From Aliivibrio fischeri ES114 (lineage in GTDB: Bacteria; Pseudomonadota; Gammaproteobacteria; Enterobacterales; Vibrionaceae), in the NCBI RefSeq assembly GCF_000011805.1, contig NC_006840.2: 32,000 bases of DNA. The stretch is one strand, 5' to 3'. The position numbers were made by a program, and so were the translations under genes. Position 1 is the stretch's first letter. Every line of letters begins with the position of its first letter. The notes under the pieces are model-generated. The model did no database searches. It was not told the origin of the DNA and saw only the letters and a list, made by a program, of their open reading frames with translations. Positions 18,005-28,016 of this stretch are shown here, piece after piece.

Positions 18005-18584
18005 AAGCCGTTATGTAATTCATTGCGTGAATTATTTCGGCAGTTACACCCCAAATGAGTTTTTTATCAAAAGGAATAAAAATCAGATTGTATGTGTGTT
18101 TTTTGTTAAAAACGTGATGATTGTAGGTGTTTTTTGGGTTAATAAGATGATTTATCGGTGCTTCAAATGTGCTACTAACCTCACCGTAATCGATTGCGGT
18201 GGTATAATTTTCATCAATTAATGCAACGATAGGGGTTACTTTATAACCTGATATTGTTGGTATTGTGTTAAGTTTTACTAATGGTTTAATGTGTGCAGGA
18301 TTAATGCCAATCTCTTCATTCGTTTCACGAATAGCTGTATGAATAAGAGACAAATCATCGGGTTCAACCTTACCTCCTGGGAAGCTAATTTGACTTGGGT
18401 GATGACGTAAATGTGGCGCTCGTTGGGTTAAAATTAAGTGATAACCCGTTTCTCTTTTTACAATAGGAACAAGAACGGCTGCTGATTTAAAATGGCCATT
18501 TTTCAATAAAGGGTGGGAGAGTAAACTTGAACTGTAATTTATCGGTTTATGAAGTAACAAATGAGAAAGTAAATGTGTGTCCAT
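18003..18584 (-). CDS. nudL: CoA pyrophosphatase, Nudix family
   Basis: 193 aa; Nudix-box-like ISFPGGKVEPDDLSLIHTAIRETNEEIGI preceded by LTQRAPHLRHHPSQ; sits next to pabB and sdaA. Confidence 0.9.
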   Translation of the reverse strand: MDTHLLSHLLLHKPINYSSSLLSHPLLKNGHFKSAAVLVPIVKRETGYHLILTQRAPHLRHHPSQISFPGGKVEPDDLSLIHTAIRETNEEIGINPAHIKPLVKLNTIPTISGYKVTPIVALIDENYTTAIDYGEVSSTFEAPINHLINPKNTYNHHVFNKKHTYNLIFIPFDKKLIWGVTAEIIHAMNYITA

Positions 18585-18600
18585 AAACCGATCCTTATCG

Positions 18601-19971
18601 TTATAAAATAGGTAAGATTTTGCTTAACTTATGCAATGTCTCTTCATATTCTAGTTCAACTTGACTATCAGCGACGATACCACCGCCTGCAGATGCATAT
18701 AAGCTTCCTTCATAAGCAATTAATGTGCGTATGGTTATACTGGTGTCCATTGTTCCACAGCGGCTAATGTAGCCAATACTGCCACAATATAAGTTACGGC
18801 GATGTGGTTCGAGTTCTTCAATGATCTCCATTGCTCTGATTTTAGGCGCTCCTGTGATAGAACCACCAGGGAAAGATGCTTTAAGTAAGTCTGTTGCAGA
18901 GTATTCTGTATTGAGTTCACCTGTAATGGTACTTACTAAGTGATGCACAGCTGGGAAAGACTCTATATCAAACAGTTTCGGTACTTTTACAGAGCCCGGT
19001 GTAGCAACACGGCCTATATCATTTCTCAGCAAATCAACAATCATCAGGTTTTCAGAGCGGTCTTTTGGGCTATTACGCAACGTTTCTGCTTCTTGTTTAT
19101 CAATCTCAGGATAATTTGAACGAGGTCGGGTTCCTTTAATTGGTTTTGTTTCAATTTTTCGCTCTTTTACTTGTAAAAAACGCTCTGGAGAAACAGAAAG
19201 AATCGTTACTTCTGGAGTTTTTATATAAGCAGAGAATGGAGCCCCGTTTTGTGTGGCTAGTTTTTGATACGCTTCCCATTCAGAGCCCTGATATTGTGCT
19301 TTAAATCGTTGTGCTAAGTTTATTTGGTAACAATCCCCTGATTCTAGGTAGTGCTGAATTGTATTGAACTTTTTAGCGTATTCAGACTCGGTCATATTCG
19401 ATTTCCAGTCTGAGGTTAAGCTAAATGGTGTATCTACTTCTTTTATAGCAATAAATTGTTGAAGCCAATGCAATCGATCACCACCTTCGGGTTGTATCAA
19501 ATACAACGTTGATGTTTTATTATCTGCCACCAGTGCCCAGTTATAAATTCCTACAGCCATATCTGCACATAAAATGTCATGTTGTGCCGTATTTGGAATC
19601 GTTTCGACACGACGCCCTAAGTCATAGCTGAAATAGCCTAACGCACCACCAATGAAAGGTAATGCTTGTATTGGTTTGCAAAAAGGGGTTAGGCGTTCTT
19701 GATAATGCGCAAGTAACTGAAAAGGACATGCTTCACTGGTTACAGGTTGTTTTCCTATTACATTAATCGTGGTGATATCGCCGTGTGTTTGTAATGTAGC
19801 GATAGGATCGGCAACCAAAATGTCATATCGATTATCAATGTGCTTTTGTGCTGATGAGTTAAGCAACATCGCCCAAGGTTGATTTGCAATAGCAGAAAAG
19901 AAATCAATCACAGAGTTAGATTGATAATCAAGTTGAGTGATACTTAGTTTTGCATCTAATTGATTGTTCAT
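18601..19971 (-). CDS. pabB: Aminodeoxychorismate synthase component I
   Basis: 456 aa; IETKPIKGTRPR ... RSENLMIVDLLRNDIGRV ... SFPGGSITGAPKIRAMEIIEELEPHRRNLYCGSIGYI are chorismate-binding family motifs. Confidence 0.93.
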   Translation of the reverse strand: MNNQLDAKLSITQLDYQSNSVIDFFSAIANQPWAMLLNSSAQKHIDNRYDILVADPIATLQTHGDITTINVIGKQPVTSEACPFQLLAHYQERLTPFCKPIQALPFIGGALGYFSYDLGRRVETIPNTAQHDILCADMAVGIYNWALVADNKTSTLYLIQPEGGDRLHWLQQFIAIKEVDTPFSLTSDWKSNMTESEYAKKFNTIQHYLESGDCYQINLAQRFKAQYQGSEWEAYQKLATQNGAPFSAYIKTPEVTILSVSPERFLQVKERKIETKPIKGTRPRSNYPEIDKQEAETLRNSPKDRSENLMIVDLLRNDIGRVATPGSVKVPKLFDIESFPAVHHLVSTITGELNTEYSATDLLKASFPGGSITGAPKIRAMEIIEELEPHRRNLYCGSIGYISRCGTMDTSITIRTLIAYEGSLYASAGGGIVADSQVELEYEETLHKLSKILPIL

Positions 19972-20135
19972 TTTGAGTTTTATAACCAGAATGTGATGAG
20001 CAACGATAGCCTTGGATGGAGAGCAAGAGTATCATAATGCGAGTTCTAAAAGAAAATAATAGATGGCGATTGCTCACGTCATACACAATAAAAATCATCC
20101 TTAATTGCCATGGAAGCTTATAAAAAGAGGGCCCT

Positions 20136-21665
20136 ATGATTAACGTTCACCAAGAAACATTGATTCGTAATGAAGATGTGATCAGTTCTGTAGCCGATGC
20201 TCTGCAATATATATCTTATTATCATCCGCTAGATTTTGTTCAAGCACTTGAAAAAGCGTATCACCGAGAAGAAAGCCAAGCTGCAAAAGATGCGCTTGCA
20301 CAAATCCTAATTAATTCACGTATGTCAGCAGAGGGGCGTCGTCCTATCTGTCAAGATACGGGAATTGTAACTTGTTTTGTTAATATTGGTATGAACGTTA
20401 GGTGGGAAGGAGACTTAACGGTTCAACAAATGATTGATGAAGGTACTCGTCAAGCTTATACCAATCCTGACAATCCATTAAGGGCATCCGTATTGTCTGA
20501 TCCGGCTGGTAAACGTATAAACACAAAAGATAATACGCCAGCAGTGGTTCATATTAATATGGTTCCGGGAAACAAAGTTGAGATTCAAATTGCTGCAAAA
20601 GGTGGCGGCTCTGAGAATAAAACTAAAATGGTAATGTTAAACCCATCAGATGATATTGCTGAGTGGGTAGAAAAGACGCTTCCAACAATGGGTGCGGGTT
20701 GGTGTCCTCCAGGTATGCTTGGTATAGGTGTTGGCGGTACGGCTGAGAAAGCAGCTGTATTAGCAAAAGAAGCACTGATGGAACACATTGATATTCAAGA
20801 CCTTATTGAACGAGGTCCTCAGAATGCAGAAGAAGAACTTCGTCTTGATATTTTTAACCGTGTTAATAAATTAGGTATCGGAGCTCAAGGTCTTGGCGGA
20901 CTTACTACTGTTGTTGATGTAAAAATCAAATCAGCACCAACGCACGCAGCCTCTAAACCTGTGTGTTTAATTCCTAACTGTGCTGCTACTCGTCACGTAC
21001 ATTTTACCCTTGATGGTACAGGTCCTGCTGATCTTCAGCCGCCAAAGTTAGAGGAATGGCCTGATATTACGTGGGAAGCGGGAGCAAATACACGCCGAGT
21101 TAATCTTGATGAGATAACAAAAGAAGACGTTCAAGAGTGGAAAACGGGCGAAACGATCTTGCTTAATGGTAAAATTCTAACAGGACGTGACGCGGCACAT
21201 AAACGTCTTCAAGGAATGATCGAAAGCGGTGAAGGTTTACCTGATGGTGTTGATTTTAATGGTAAATTCATTTACTACGTAGGCCCTGTTGATGCTGTAG
21301 GTGATGAAGCGGTAGGTCCTGCCGGCCCAACGACCTCTACTCGCATGGATAAATTTACCGATATGATGTTAGCTACAGGCTTAACGGGCATGATAGGTAA
21401 AGCGGAACGTGGTCCAGCAACCGTGGCATCTATTAAAGAAAATAAAGCGGTATATTTAATGGCTGTTGGTGGCGCTGCTTACTTGGTTGCTAAAGCGATT
21501 AAAAAAGCACGTGTTGTTGCCTTTGAAGATCTTGGAATGGAAGCTATTTATGAGTTTGAGGTTGAAGATATGCCAGTTACTGTGGCCGTTGATTCAACAG
21601 GTGTAAATGCGCATCAAATTGGTCCTGATACATGGAAGGTAAAAATTGCTGAAATGAGCAATTAA
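20136..21665 (+). CDS. Fumarate hydratase, class I (iron-sulfur type)
   Basis: 509 aa; RPICQDTGIVTCFVNIG ... AAKGGGSENKTKMVMLNPSD ... GIGVGGTAEKAAVLAKEAL ... GLTGMIGKAERGP. Confidence 0.93.
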   Translation: MINVHQETLIRNEDVISSVADALQYISYYHPLDFVQALEKAYHREESQAAKDALAQILINSRMSAEGRRPICQDTGIVTCFVNIGMNVRWEGDLTVQQMIDEGTRQAYTNPDNPLRASVLSDPAGKRINTKDNTPAVVHINMVPGNKVEIQIAAKGGGSENKTKMVMLNPSDDIAEWVEKTLPTMGAGWCPPGMLGIGVGGTAEKAAVLAKEALMEHIDIQDLIERGPQNAEEELRLDIFNRVNKLGIGAQGLGGLTTVVDVKIKSAPTHAASKPVCLIPNCAATRHVHFTLDGTGPADLQPPKLEEWPDITWEAGANTRRVNLDEITKEDVQEWKTGETILLNGKILTGRDAAHKRLQGMIESGEGLPDGVDFNGKFIYYVGPVDAVGDEAVGPAGPTTSTRMDKFTDMMLATGLTGMIGKAERGPATVASIKENKAVYLMAVGGAAYLVAKAIKKARVVAFEDLGMEAIYEFEVEDMPVTVAVDSTGVNAHQIGPDTWKVKIAEMSN

Positions 21666-21694
21666 TTTACATCATAAAGCTTCTTAAATAATGT

Positions 21695-21727
21695 AAAAGC
21701 ATTCATTTTGAGTGCTTTTTTTGTTTT
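21695..21727 (+). terminator. Intrinsic terminator after the fumarase gene
   Basis: AAAGCATTC-ATTTT-GAGTGCTTT followed by a T-run. Confidence 0.8.
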
Positions 21728-21796
21728 TTGTGTCTTTTATGTTAATCATTTGGGTGTAATATATAAGTAACTATTTGATAAATAAATGAGGGAACA

Positions 21797-22153
21797 ATGA
21801 AGAAGTTAACAATTGGGTTATTCATTACTGTACTTGCTGGGTGCGCCTCCTCTGATGATGTTGAACAAGAAAAGAACGTTGATGATTGGTTCGCGATAGG
21901 TGAAGCTAGGGCGAAAAATGGATTTTTATTGCAAACAGAATCACGACTTGTTGATCGTTATCCTGAAGAGAAAATTACAACCGAATTCTATAATGGTTAT
22001 GTAAAGGGTCACGAGGCTGGCACAAAAGTCTATTGTTCACAAAATCCATATATATTGGGATTAAGTGAAGAACCTTATTTCGGACTATGTGATCAAATTG
22101 ATTCTAATTACTCTGATGAATATCAAAAAGGGAAAAAGCATAAAAAAGAATAA
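21797..22153 (+). CDS. DUF2799-like lipoprotein, third copy
   Basis: 118 aa; lipobox VLAGC; YNGYVKGHEAGTKVYCSQNPYILGLSEEPYFGLCD. Confidence 0.78.
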   Translation: MKKLTIGLFITVLAGCASSDDVEQEKNVDDWFAIGEARAKNGFLLQTESRLVDRYPEEKITTEFYNGYVKGHEAGTKVYCSQNPYILGLSEEPYFGLCDQIDSNYSDEYQKGKKHKKE

Positions 22154-22256
22154 AAACATTGTTTTTTATAACTAATTTTATTTGTTGACTGGATGAACAA
22201 ATAAATATAGGCAATAATTCTTTATGTAATCAATTAATAATGACAAGGAACGGCAT

Positions 22257-23291
22257 ATGTTCAAAAAGACTGCAATAGCCGCAGTGCTTGGCTCCATTTT
22301 ACTCGCAGGCTGTGACAGTAAAGAGCCTAGTATTGCAGAGCCTGACTCTCGTCCAGCAAAGATCTTAACCGTTTCTGTTGGTGACCACGAAACATCACGC
22401 TTGTTTCCAGCTAAAGCCGAAGCGGGCGATAAAGCCGTTTTGGCTTTTAGAGTTCCTGGACAATTAAATACATTGAATGTACATGCTGGCCAATCGGTTA
22501 GTAAAGGTGAGCTTCTAGCTACAATCAATCCAGATGAATACCGTTTAATCCAGAAACAAGCACAAGCACAATATCGATTGATTGATGTGCAATATCAAAG
22601 GATTAAAAAGTTAAGAAAAGATAAAGTCGTATCAGAACAAGATTATGATACAGCGGTTGCCAATAGAAAAACTGCGAAAGCTTCTCTTGACCAAGCCTCT
22701 GCTAATTTAAGCTACACTAAGCTTGTCGCACCATATGACGGCACGATTTCACTTCTTCCGACAGAAAACTTTGAATATGTAAATGCGAAGCAATCGATTA
22801 TGCATATTCAAACTAACGATATTCTATATGTTGTTTTTCAACTTCCGGATTATTTGCTTCAACGTTTCAGTTTTACAGATGTATCAGCAACAGTTTCATT
22901 TGATTCGTTTCCAAACACTACTTTTCCTCTTGAATTTGAAGAAATTGATACTGAAGCCGATCGTAAAACATCAAGTTACACGGTAAAAATGAGTATGCCG
23001 CGTCCTAAAGATTTAGGGGTTCTTCCGGGGATGTCTGGACAAGTGAAAGTAACTATTCCTAAGGGCGGAAGTGAAAAACTGCCACTTTCAGCTATCGATC
23101 AAGATGGTGATACCACGTATGTATGGCGTGTGAAAGAAGATGGAATTGTTGAAAAAGTGGCAGTGAAATTAAATGAGAAACGTCAGGTAGTCTCTGGGAT
23201 TGAGGATTCAGATCAAATTGTATCTTCAGGCATCACAGGGCTAGAAGAGGGAATGAAAGTTCGCAAGTGGGTTAAGGAAAGAGGATTATAA
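22257..23291 (+). CDS. RND efflux periplasmic adaptor (membrane fusion lipoprotein) 1
   Basis: 344 aa; lipobox LLAGC; LNVHAGQSVSKGELLATI ... LSYTKLVAPYDGTIS ... GLEEGMKVRKW. Confidence 0.9.
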   Translation: MFKKTAIAAVLGSILLAGCDSKEPSIAEPDSRPAKILTVSVGDHETSRLFPAKAEAGDKAVLAFRVPGQLNTLNVHAGQSVSKGELLATINPDEYRLIQKQAQAQYRLIDVQYQRIKKLRKDKVVSEQDYDTAVANRKTAKASLDQASANLSYTKLVAPYDGTISLLPTENFEYVNAKQSIMHIQTNDILYVVFQLPDYLLQRFSFTDVSATVSFDSFPNTTFPLEFEEIDTEADRKTSSYTVKMSMPRPKDLGVLPGMSGQVKVTIPKGGSEKLPLSAIDQDGDTTYVWRVKEDGIVEKVAVKLNEKRQVVSGIEDSDQIVSSGITGLEEGMKVRKWVKERGL

Positions 23292-23293
23292 TA

Positions 23294-24376
23294 ATGCAAA
23301 GATTAATGAAACTATCTTTACTTTCCAGCACGTTACTTCTTACTGCTTGTAATCCTGCGCCGACGGAAACTGTCGTAGAAATTCCGAATGTTGTGATTAA
23401 AGATATTAATTCAAATGGGGTAAGTGATCGCCTTTATCTTCCTGCGGTAGCCACTGCTGCTGATCGTTCCCATCTAAGTTTTCGACTTTCTGGTGAGATT
23501 AAAGAGCTAAATATAAAAGCAGGGGAAATCGTTAAAAAAGGTCAAGTTTTAGCGGTGTTAGATAAAACCGACTACAACATTGATGTTGATAATGCTAGAG
23601 CTCGTTACAACGTAGCAAACAGTCAATATAAGCGTTCAAAACCCTTAGTTGATAAAGGATTGTTAGCTAAATCACAATTCGATGAATTAGCAGCGCAACG
23701 ACAAATTGCACTAGCGGATTTAGAGTTAGCAAAATTGCGTTTAAGTTTTACCGAGTTAAAGGCGCCAATTGATGGTGTTATTTCTCGAGTAAGTGTTGAG
23801 CAATTTGAAAATATTCAAGTAGGGCAACAGATCTTTAATATTAATAACCGAGATGCGGTAGATATTATTGTTCAAGTACCTGACAAGCTTTATGCAAAGC
23901 AACCGAATAAAGAAATAATTGAAAGCATTAAAGCAACAGTTCGCCTTGATAGTGGTGAGAGCTACTCCGCAAGAATTAAAGAATACACCACAGAGCCTGA
24001 TCCTGATTCAGGTGCGTATCTAGTTACACTGACAATGCCTATGCCTGAAGACCAATTTATATTGGATGGTATGGCAGTTGAGGTGGCAACCAGTGAAAGT
24101 GAAATTCGTTTATCAACTCAAGCAGGCATGGTAATTCCGATTGAAGCTATTTTTAATGAAGATGGTGACACTATTGATCTTGCTGAAAAATACGTATGGC
24201 TTGTTGATGAAAATAATACAGTGAAAAAACAAAAAGTAGTAACGACAAAAGCGACTTCATCTGGTTTACGAGTTGTTGAAGGTTTATCAACCGGTGATCG
24301 CATTGTAATAGCAGGGGTATCACGACTGCGTGATGGCATGTCAGTGAATGTTATTAATGCGGAGGAGAAAAAATGA
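23294..24376 (+). CDS. RND efflux periplasmic adaptor (membrane fusion lipoprotein) 2
   Basis: 360 aa; lipobox LLTAC; LNIKAGEIVKKGQVLAVLDKTDY ... LSFTELKAPIDGVISR ... GLSTGDRIVIAG. Confidence 0.9.
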   Translation: MQRLMKLSLLSSTLLLTACNPAPTETVVEIPNVVIKDINSNGVSDRLYLPAVATAADRSHLSFRLSGEIKELNIKAGEIVKKGQVLAVLDKTDYNIDVDNARARYNVANSQYKRSKPLVDKGLLAKSQFDELAAQRQIALADLELAKLRLSFTELKAPIDGVISRVSVEQFENIQVGQQIFNINNRDAVDIIVQVPDKLYAKQPNKEIIESIKATVRLDSGESYSARIKEYTTEPDPDSGAYLVTLTMPMPEDQFILDGMAVEVATSESEIRLSTQAGMVIPIEAIFNEDGDTIDLAEKYVWLVDENNTVKKQKVVTTKATSSGLRVVEGLSTGDRIVIAGVSRLRDGMSVNVINAEEKK

Positions 24377-27300
24377 GCCAAGAAAAAGGAATTGCAGCTT
24401 ATTTCATACAGAATAAAGTCATCAGTTGGATGTTAACACTGATCTTTATGATTGGTGGTACATCCGCATTTTTTGGTTTAGGACGTTTAGAAGACCCTGC
24501 GTTTACCATTAAAGATGCAATGGTCGTAACCAATTATCCTGGTGCGACACCAGAGCAAGTGGAAGAAGAAGTAACCTACCCACTAGAAAAAGCAATTCAA
24601 CAGTTAACTTATGTAGATGAAGTTAACTCGCTGTCTAGTCGTGGACTGTCTCAGATCACTGTAACCATGAAAAACAATTATGGTCCTGATGATTTACCAC
24701 AAATCTGGGATGAACTACGCCGTAAGGTGAATGACTTAAAACGTCAATTACCTCCTGGTGTTGGTGAACCATCAGTTATCGATGATTTTGGTGATGTTTA
24801 TGGTGTGCTTTTAGCCGTAACAGGAAAAGGCTACTCATATAAAGAAATCTTAGATTATGTTGATTATTTGCGTCGTGAATTAGAGCTTGTTGATGGCGTT
24901 AGTAAGGTATCTGTTAGTGGTGTTCAACAAGAACAAGTCTTTATTGAAGCGTCATTAAAGCGTATGACAAGTTTAGGAATTTCTCCTCAGACTTTGTATA
25001 GCTTATTGTCTAATCAAAATACGGTATCGAGTGCTGGTGCTGTAAAAATCGGAACGGAATATATTCAAATTCACCCAACAGGGGAGTTTGAAGATGTGGC
25101 ACAGCTCGGTGATTTGATTATTACTGATGGTGGTGCTCAAGGACTAATTTATTTAAAAGACATCGCAGAAGTTAAGCGTGGTTATGTTGAAGTGCCAAGT
25201 AATATTGTGAACTTTAATGGTAATTTTGCTCTAAACCTCGGTGTTTCATTTAGTGCAGGTGTTAACGTAGTTGAAATTGGTAAATTAGTTGATCAACGAA
25301 TGGCTGAGCTTAAAGAGCAGCAGCCTATTGGTATTGATATCTCTGAAATTTACAGTCAACCAAAAGAAGTGGATAAATCGGTAAGTGGTTTTGTTGTCAG
25401 TCTGGGGCAGGCTGTTGCGATTGTAATTATCGTTTTACTTTTCTTTATGGGAGTACGTTCAGGCCTATTAATTGGTCTTATCTTATTATTGACCGTTGCT
25501 GGTACTTTCGTCTTTATGAAGTATTTTGCTATCGATTTACAACGTATTTCTCTTGGTGCTCTGGTTATTGCTCTCGGTATGCTCGTAGATAACGCCATTG
25601 TGGTGGTGGAAGGCATACTCATCGGGATGCAAAAAGGAAGGACACGTTTACAAGCCGCTACCGATATTGTGACACAAACAAAATGGCCATTGCTAGGAGC
25701 AACGGTTATTGCGGTAACCGCGTTTGCGCCAATTGGTTTATCTGATGATGCGACCGGTGAATACTGTGGAACGCTCTTTACCGTCTTGCTAATTTCGTTA
25801 ATGCTAAGCTGGTTTACTGCTATTTCACTTACGCCTTTCTTTGCTTCTTTATTCTTTAAGGAGAGAGTACAAAGCGAAGAAGAGAGTCTTGAAGAGAAAG
25901 ACCCATACAATGGGATGATCTTTGTTGTTTATAAGCGTTTCCTAGAGTTTTGTATGCGCTACTCTGTAGCAACCATGGTAATACTGGTTGTAGCTCTTGG
26001 TGGTAGTTTATATGGCTTTACCAAAGTTAAACAATCTTTCTTCCCATCATCAACAACGCCAATCTTCATGGTGGATGTATGGATGCCTGAAGGGACAGAT
26101 ATTCGTTCAACTAATGCGACATTAAAAGAGTTAGAAGAATGGATATTAGAACAGCAACATATTGAACACGTAACAACAACCGCTGGTAAAGGTTTACAGC
26201 GTTTCATGTTGACTTATGCACCAGAGAAAAGTTATGCAGCTTATGGTGAGATAATGACTCGTGTTGATAACTATGAAGCATTACAGCCCTTGATGGCGAA
26301 GTTCCGTCAGCATATCGAAGATCAATACCCACAAATTCAATATAAATTGAAACAAATTGAATTAGGTCCGGGTGGCGGTGCGAAAGTTGAAGCTCGTATT
26401 GTTGGTGCTGATCCAACGGTATTACGTGGCTTAGCGGCGCAAGTTATCGACATTATGCATAATGACCCAGGAGCAACAAACGTACGTCATGATTGGCGTG
26501 AGCGTACAAAAGTACTTGAGCCTCAATTTAATGAGAGTCAGGCTCGTCGTTATGGTATTTCAAAGACAGATGTAAACGAACTATTAGAAATGGCGTTCTC
26601 AGGTAAAGCAATTGGTGTTTACCGTGATGGTACAACATTAATGCCAATTGTCACTCGATTACCCGAAAATGAACGTGTTGATATTAGTACGATTGAAGGA
26701 ATGAAAATTTGGAGTCCAGCTCTGTCTCAATACATCCCATTACAGCAAGTTGTACTTGGTTATGATGTGATTTGGGAAGACCCACAAATCGTACGTAAAA
26801 ACCGTAAACGTATGCTAACTGTAATGGCTGACCCTGATATTTTAGGTGAAGAAACTGCAGCTACATTGCAGAAACGATTACAAACTCAAATTGAGGCGAT
26901 CGATTTTCCTACGGGTTACAGTTTAGAGTGGGGCGGTGAATATGAATCGTCTCGTGACGCTCAGGCATCATTATTCCAAACGATGCCATTGGGTTATCTA
27001 TTCATGTTCTTAGTTACTGTCTTCTTATTTAACAGTGTGAAAGAGTCGGTGATTGTTTGGCTAACGGTACCATTAGCTATTATTGGTGTAACCAGTGGTC
27101 TATTGTTACTTAATACGCCATTTGGTTTTATGGCTTTACTCGGTTTCTTGAGCTTGAGTGGTATGCTGTTGAAAAATGGTATCGTATTGCTTGATCAGAT
27201 TGAAATTGAAATCAAGTCAGGTAAAGAGCCTTATCATGCGGTGGTTGATGCGGCATTAAGTCGTGTGCGTCCTGTTTGTATGGCAGCGATTACAACAATT

Positions 27301-27450
27301 CTTGGTATGATACCTCTATTGCCTGACATATTCTTTAAGCCAATGGCGGTAACGATTATGTTCGGTTTAGGTTTTGCAACGGTTCTTACTCTAATTGTGG
27401 TTCCGGTTCTATATCGAATGTTCCACAGAATTAAAGTGGTTGAATACTAA
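24373..27450 (+). CDS. RND efflux permease (AcrB/HAE family)
   Basis: 1025 aa; NYPGATPEQVEEEVTYPLEKAIQQL ... LGALVIALGMLVDNAIVVVEG ... GFLSLSGMLLKNGIVLLDQIE ... TTILGMIPLLPDIFFKPMAVTIMFGLGFATVLTL. Confidence 0.96.
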   Translation: MSQEKGIAAYFIQNKVISWMLTLIFMIGGTSAFFGLGRLEDPAFTIKDAMVVTNYPGATPEQVEEEVTYPLEKAIQQLTYVDEVNSLSSRGLSQITVTMKNNYGPDDLPQIWDELRRKVNDLKRQLPPGVGEPSVIDDFGDVYGVLLAVTGKGYSYKEILDYVDYLRRELELVDGVSKVSVSGVQQEQVFIEASLKRMTSLGISPQTLYSLLSNQNTVSSAGAVKIGTEYIQIHPTGEFEDVAQLGDLIITDGGAQGLIYLKDIAEVKRGYVEVPSNIVNFNGNFALNLGVSFSAGVNVVEIGKLVDQRMAELKEQQPIGIDISEIYSQPKEVDKSVSGFVVSLGQAVAIVIIVLLFFMGVRSGLLIGLILLLTVAGTFVFMKYFAIDLQRISLGALVIALGMLVDNAIVVVEGILIGMQKGRTRLQAATDIVTQTKWPLLGATVIAVTAFAPIGLSDDATGEYCGTLFTVLLISLMLSWFTAISLTPFFASLFFKERVQSEEESLEEKDPYNGMIFVVYKRFLEFCMRYSVATMVILVVALGGSLYGFTKVKQSFFPSSTTPIFMVDVWMPEGTDIRSTNATLKELEEWILEQQHIEHVTTTAGKGLQRFMLTYAPEKSYAAYGEIMTRVDNYEALQPLMAKFRQHIEDQYPQIQYKLKQIELGPGGGAKVEARIVGADPTVLRGLAAQVIDIMHNDPGATNVRHDWRERTKVLEPQFNESQARRYGISKTDVNELLEMAFSGKAIGVYRDGTTLMPIVTRLPENERVDISTIEGMKIWSPALSQYIPLQQVVLGYDVIWEDPQIVRKNRKRMLTVMADPDILGEETAATLQKRLQTQIEAIDFPTGYSLEWGGEYESSRDAQASLFQTMPLGYLFMFLVTVFLFNSVKESVIVWLTVPLAIIGVTSGLLLLNTPFGFMALLGFLSLSGMLLKNGIVLLDQIEIEIKSGKEPYHAVVDAALSRVRPVCMAAITTILGMIPLLPDIFFKPMAVTIMFGLGFATVLTLIVVPVLYRMFHRIKVVEY

Positions 27451-27477
27451 TACTAATCGTAGTTAATAACTGATTAA

Positions 27478-27514
27478 AAGCTCATATTAGAATATCTAGT
27501 ATGGGCTTTTTTTG
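27478..27514 (+). terminator. Intrinsic terminator downstream of the RND operon
   Basis: AAGCTCATA ... TATGGGCTT (one G:U) followed by TTTTTTT. Confidence 0.75.
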
Positions 27515-27576
27515 TGGTATTCTATCGCCATCAATCTGGATAAGACGAACGCAGTTCACATATTAGGAACCGTAAA

Positions 27577-27963
27577 ATGAGCCAATTAGATCAACAAGCA
27601 ATAGACAAAATCCAAAACTACAATGAAGAAGAGCGTTTTAATTACTTCATGAAAGAAGTAGTAGCAAATCGTCAAATTTGGATTTTAACCGATGAGCATG
27701 GTTGTGTAATGTTGAACACAGAAGAGGAAGATTGTGTTCCTGTATGGCCAAATCAAGAGTTTGCAGAAGCATGGTCAACGGGTGAGTGGGACGAGTGTAA
27801 AGCTGAATCTATCTCATTAAATAAATGGCATAGTCGTTGGACTAACGGTTTAGAAGACGATGAATTAGCTGTGGTTGTATTCCCAAATCAAAATGAAGAA
27901 GGGCAAGTTCTTTTCCCTGACGAGTTTGATTTTGAATTAACAAAACAAGAAAGAAAACGTTAA
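27577..27963 (+). CDS. DUF2750-like protein
   Basis: 128 aa; FNYFMKEVVANRQIWILTDEHGCVMLN ... VPVWPNQEFAEAW. Confidence 0.75.
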   Translation: MSQLDQQAIDKIQNYNEEERFNYFMKEVVANRQIWILTDEHGCVMLNTEEEDCVPVWPNQEFAEAWSTGEWDECKAESISLNKWHSRWTNGLEDDELAVVVFPNQNEEGQVLFPDEFDFELTKQERKR

Positions 27964-27970
27964 TTATTAG

Positions 27971-28012
27971 AAATTAAAGGCGATACGGCTTATGCAATAT
28001 CGCCTTTAATTT
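27971..28012. terminator. Bidirectional terminator between convergent genes
   Basis: AAATTAAAGGCGATA / TATCGCCTTTAATTT, a 15-bp perfect stem with a 12-nt loop. Confidence 0.85.
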
Positions 28013-28016
28013 ATTG

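Noticed and set aside
17991-18221. Plus-strand 76-aa ORF across the nudL 3' end
   Set aside because: Overlaps the Nudix gene on the other strand; no domain or convincing RBS.
22178-22528. Minus-strand 116-aa ORF upstream of the RND operon
   Set aside because: Mostly antisense to the well-supported adaptor gene; no recognisable family.
25356-25910. Minus-strand 184-aa ORF in the RND permease
   Set aside because: Wholly antisense to conserved transmembrane motifs of the permease; Ser/Thr-rich shadow.
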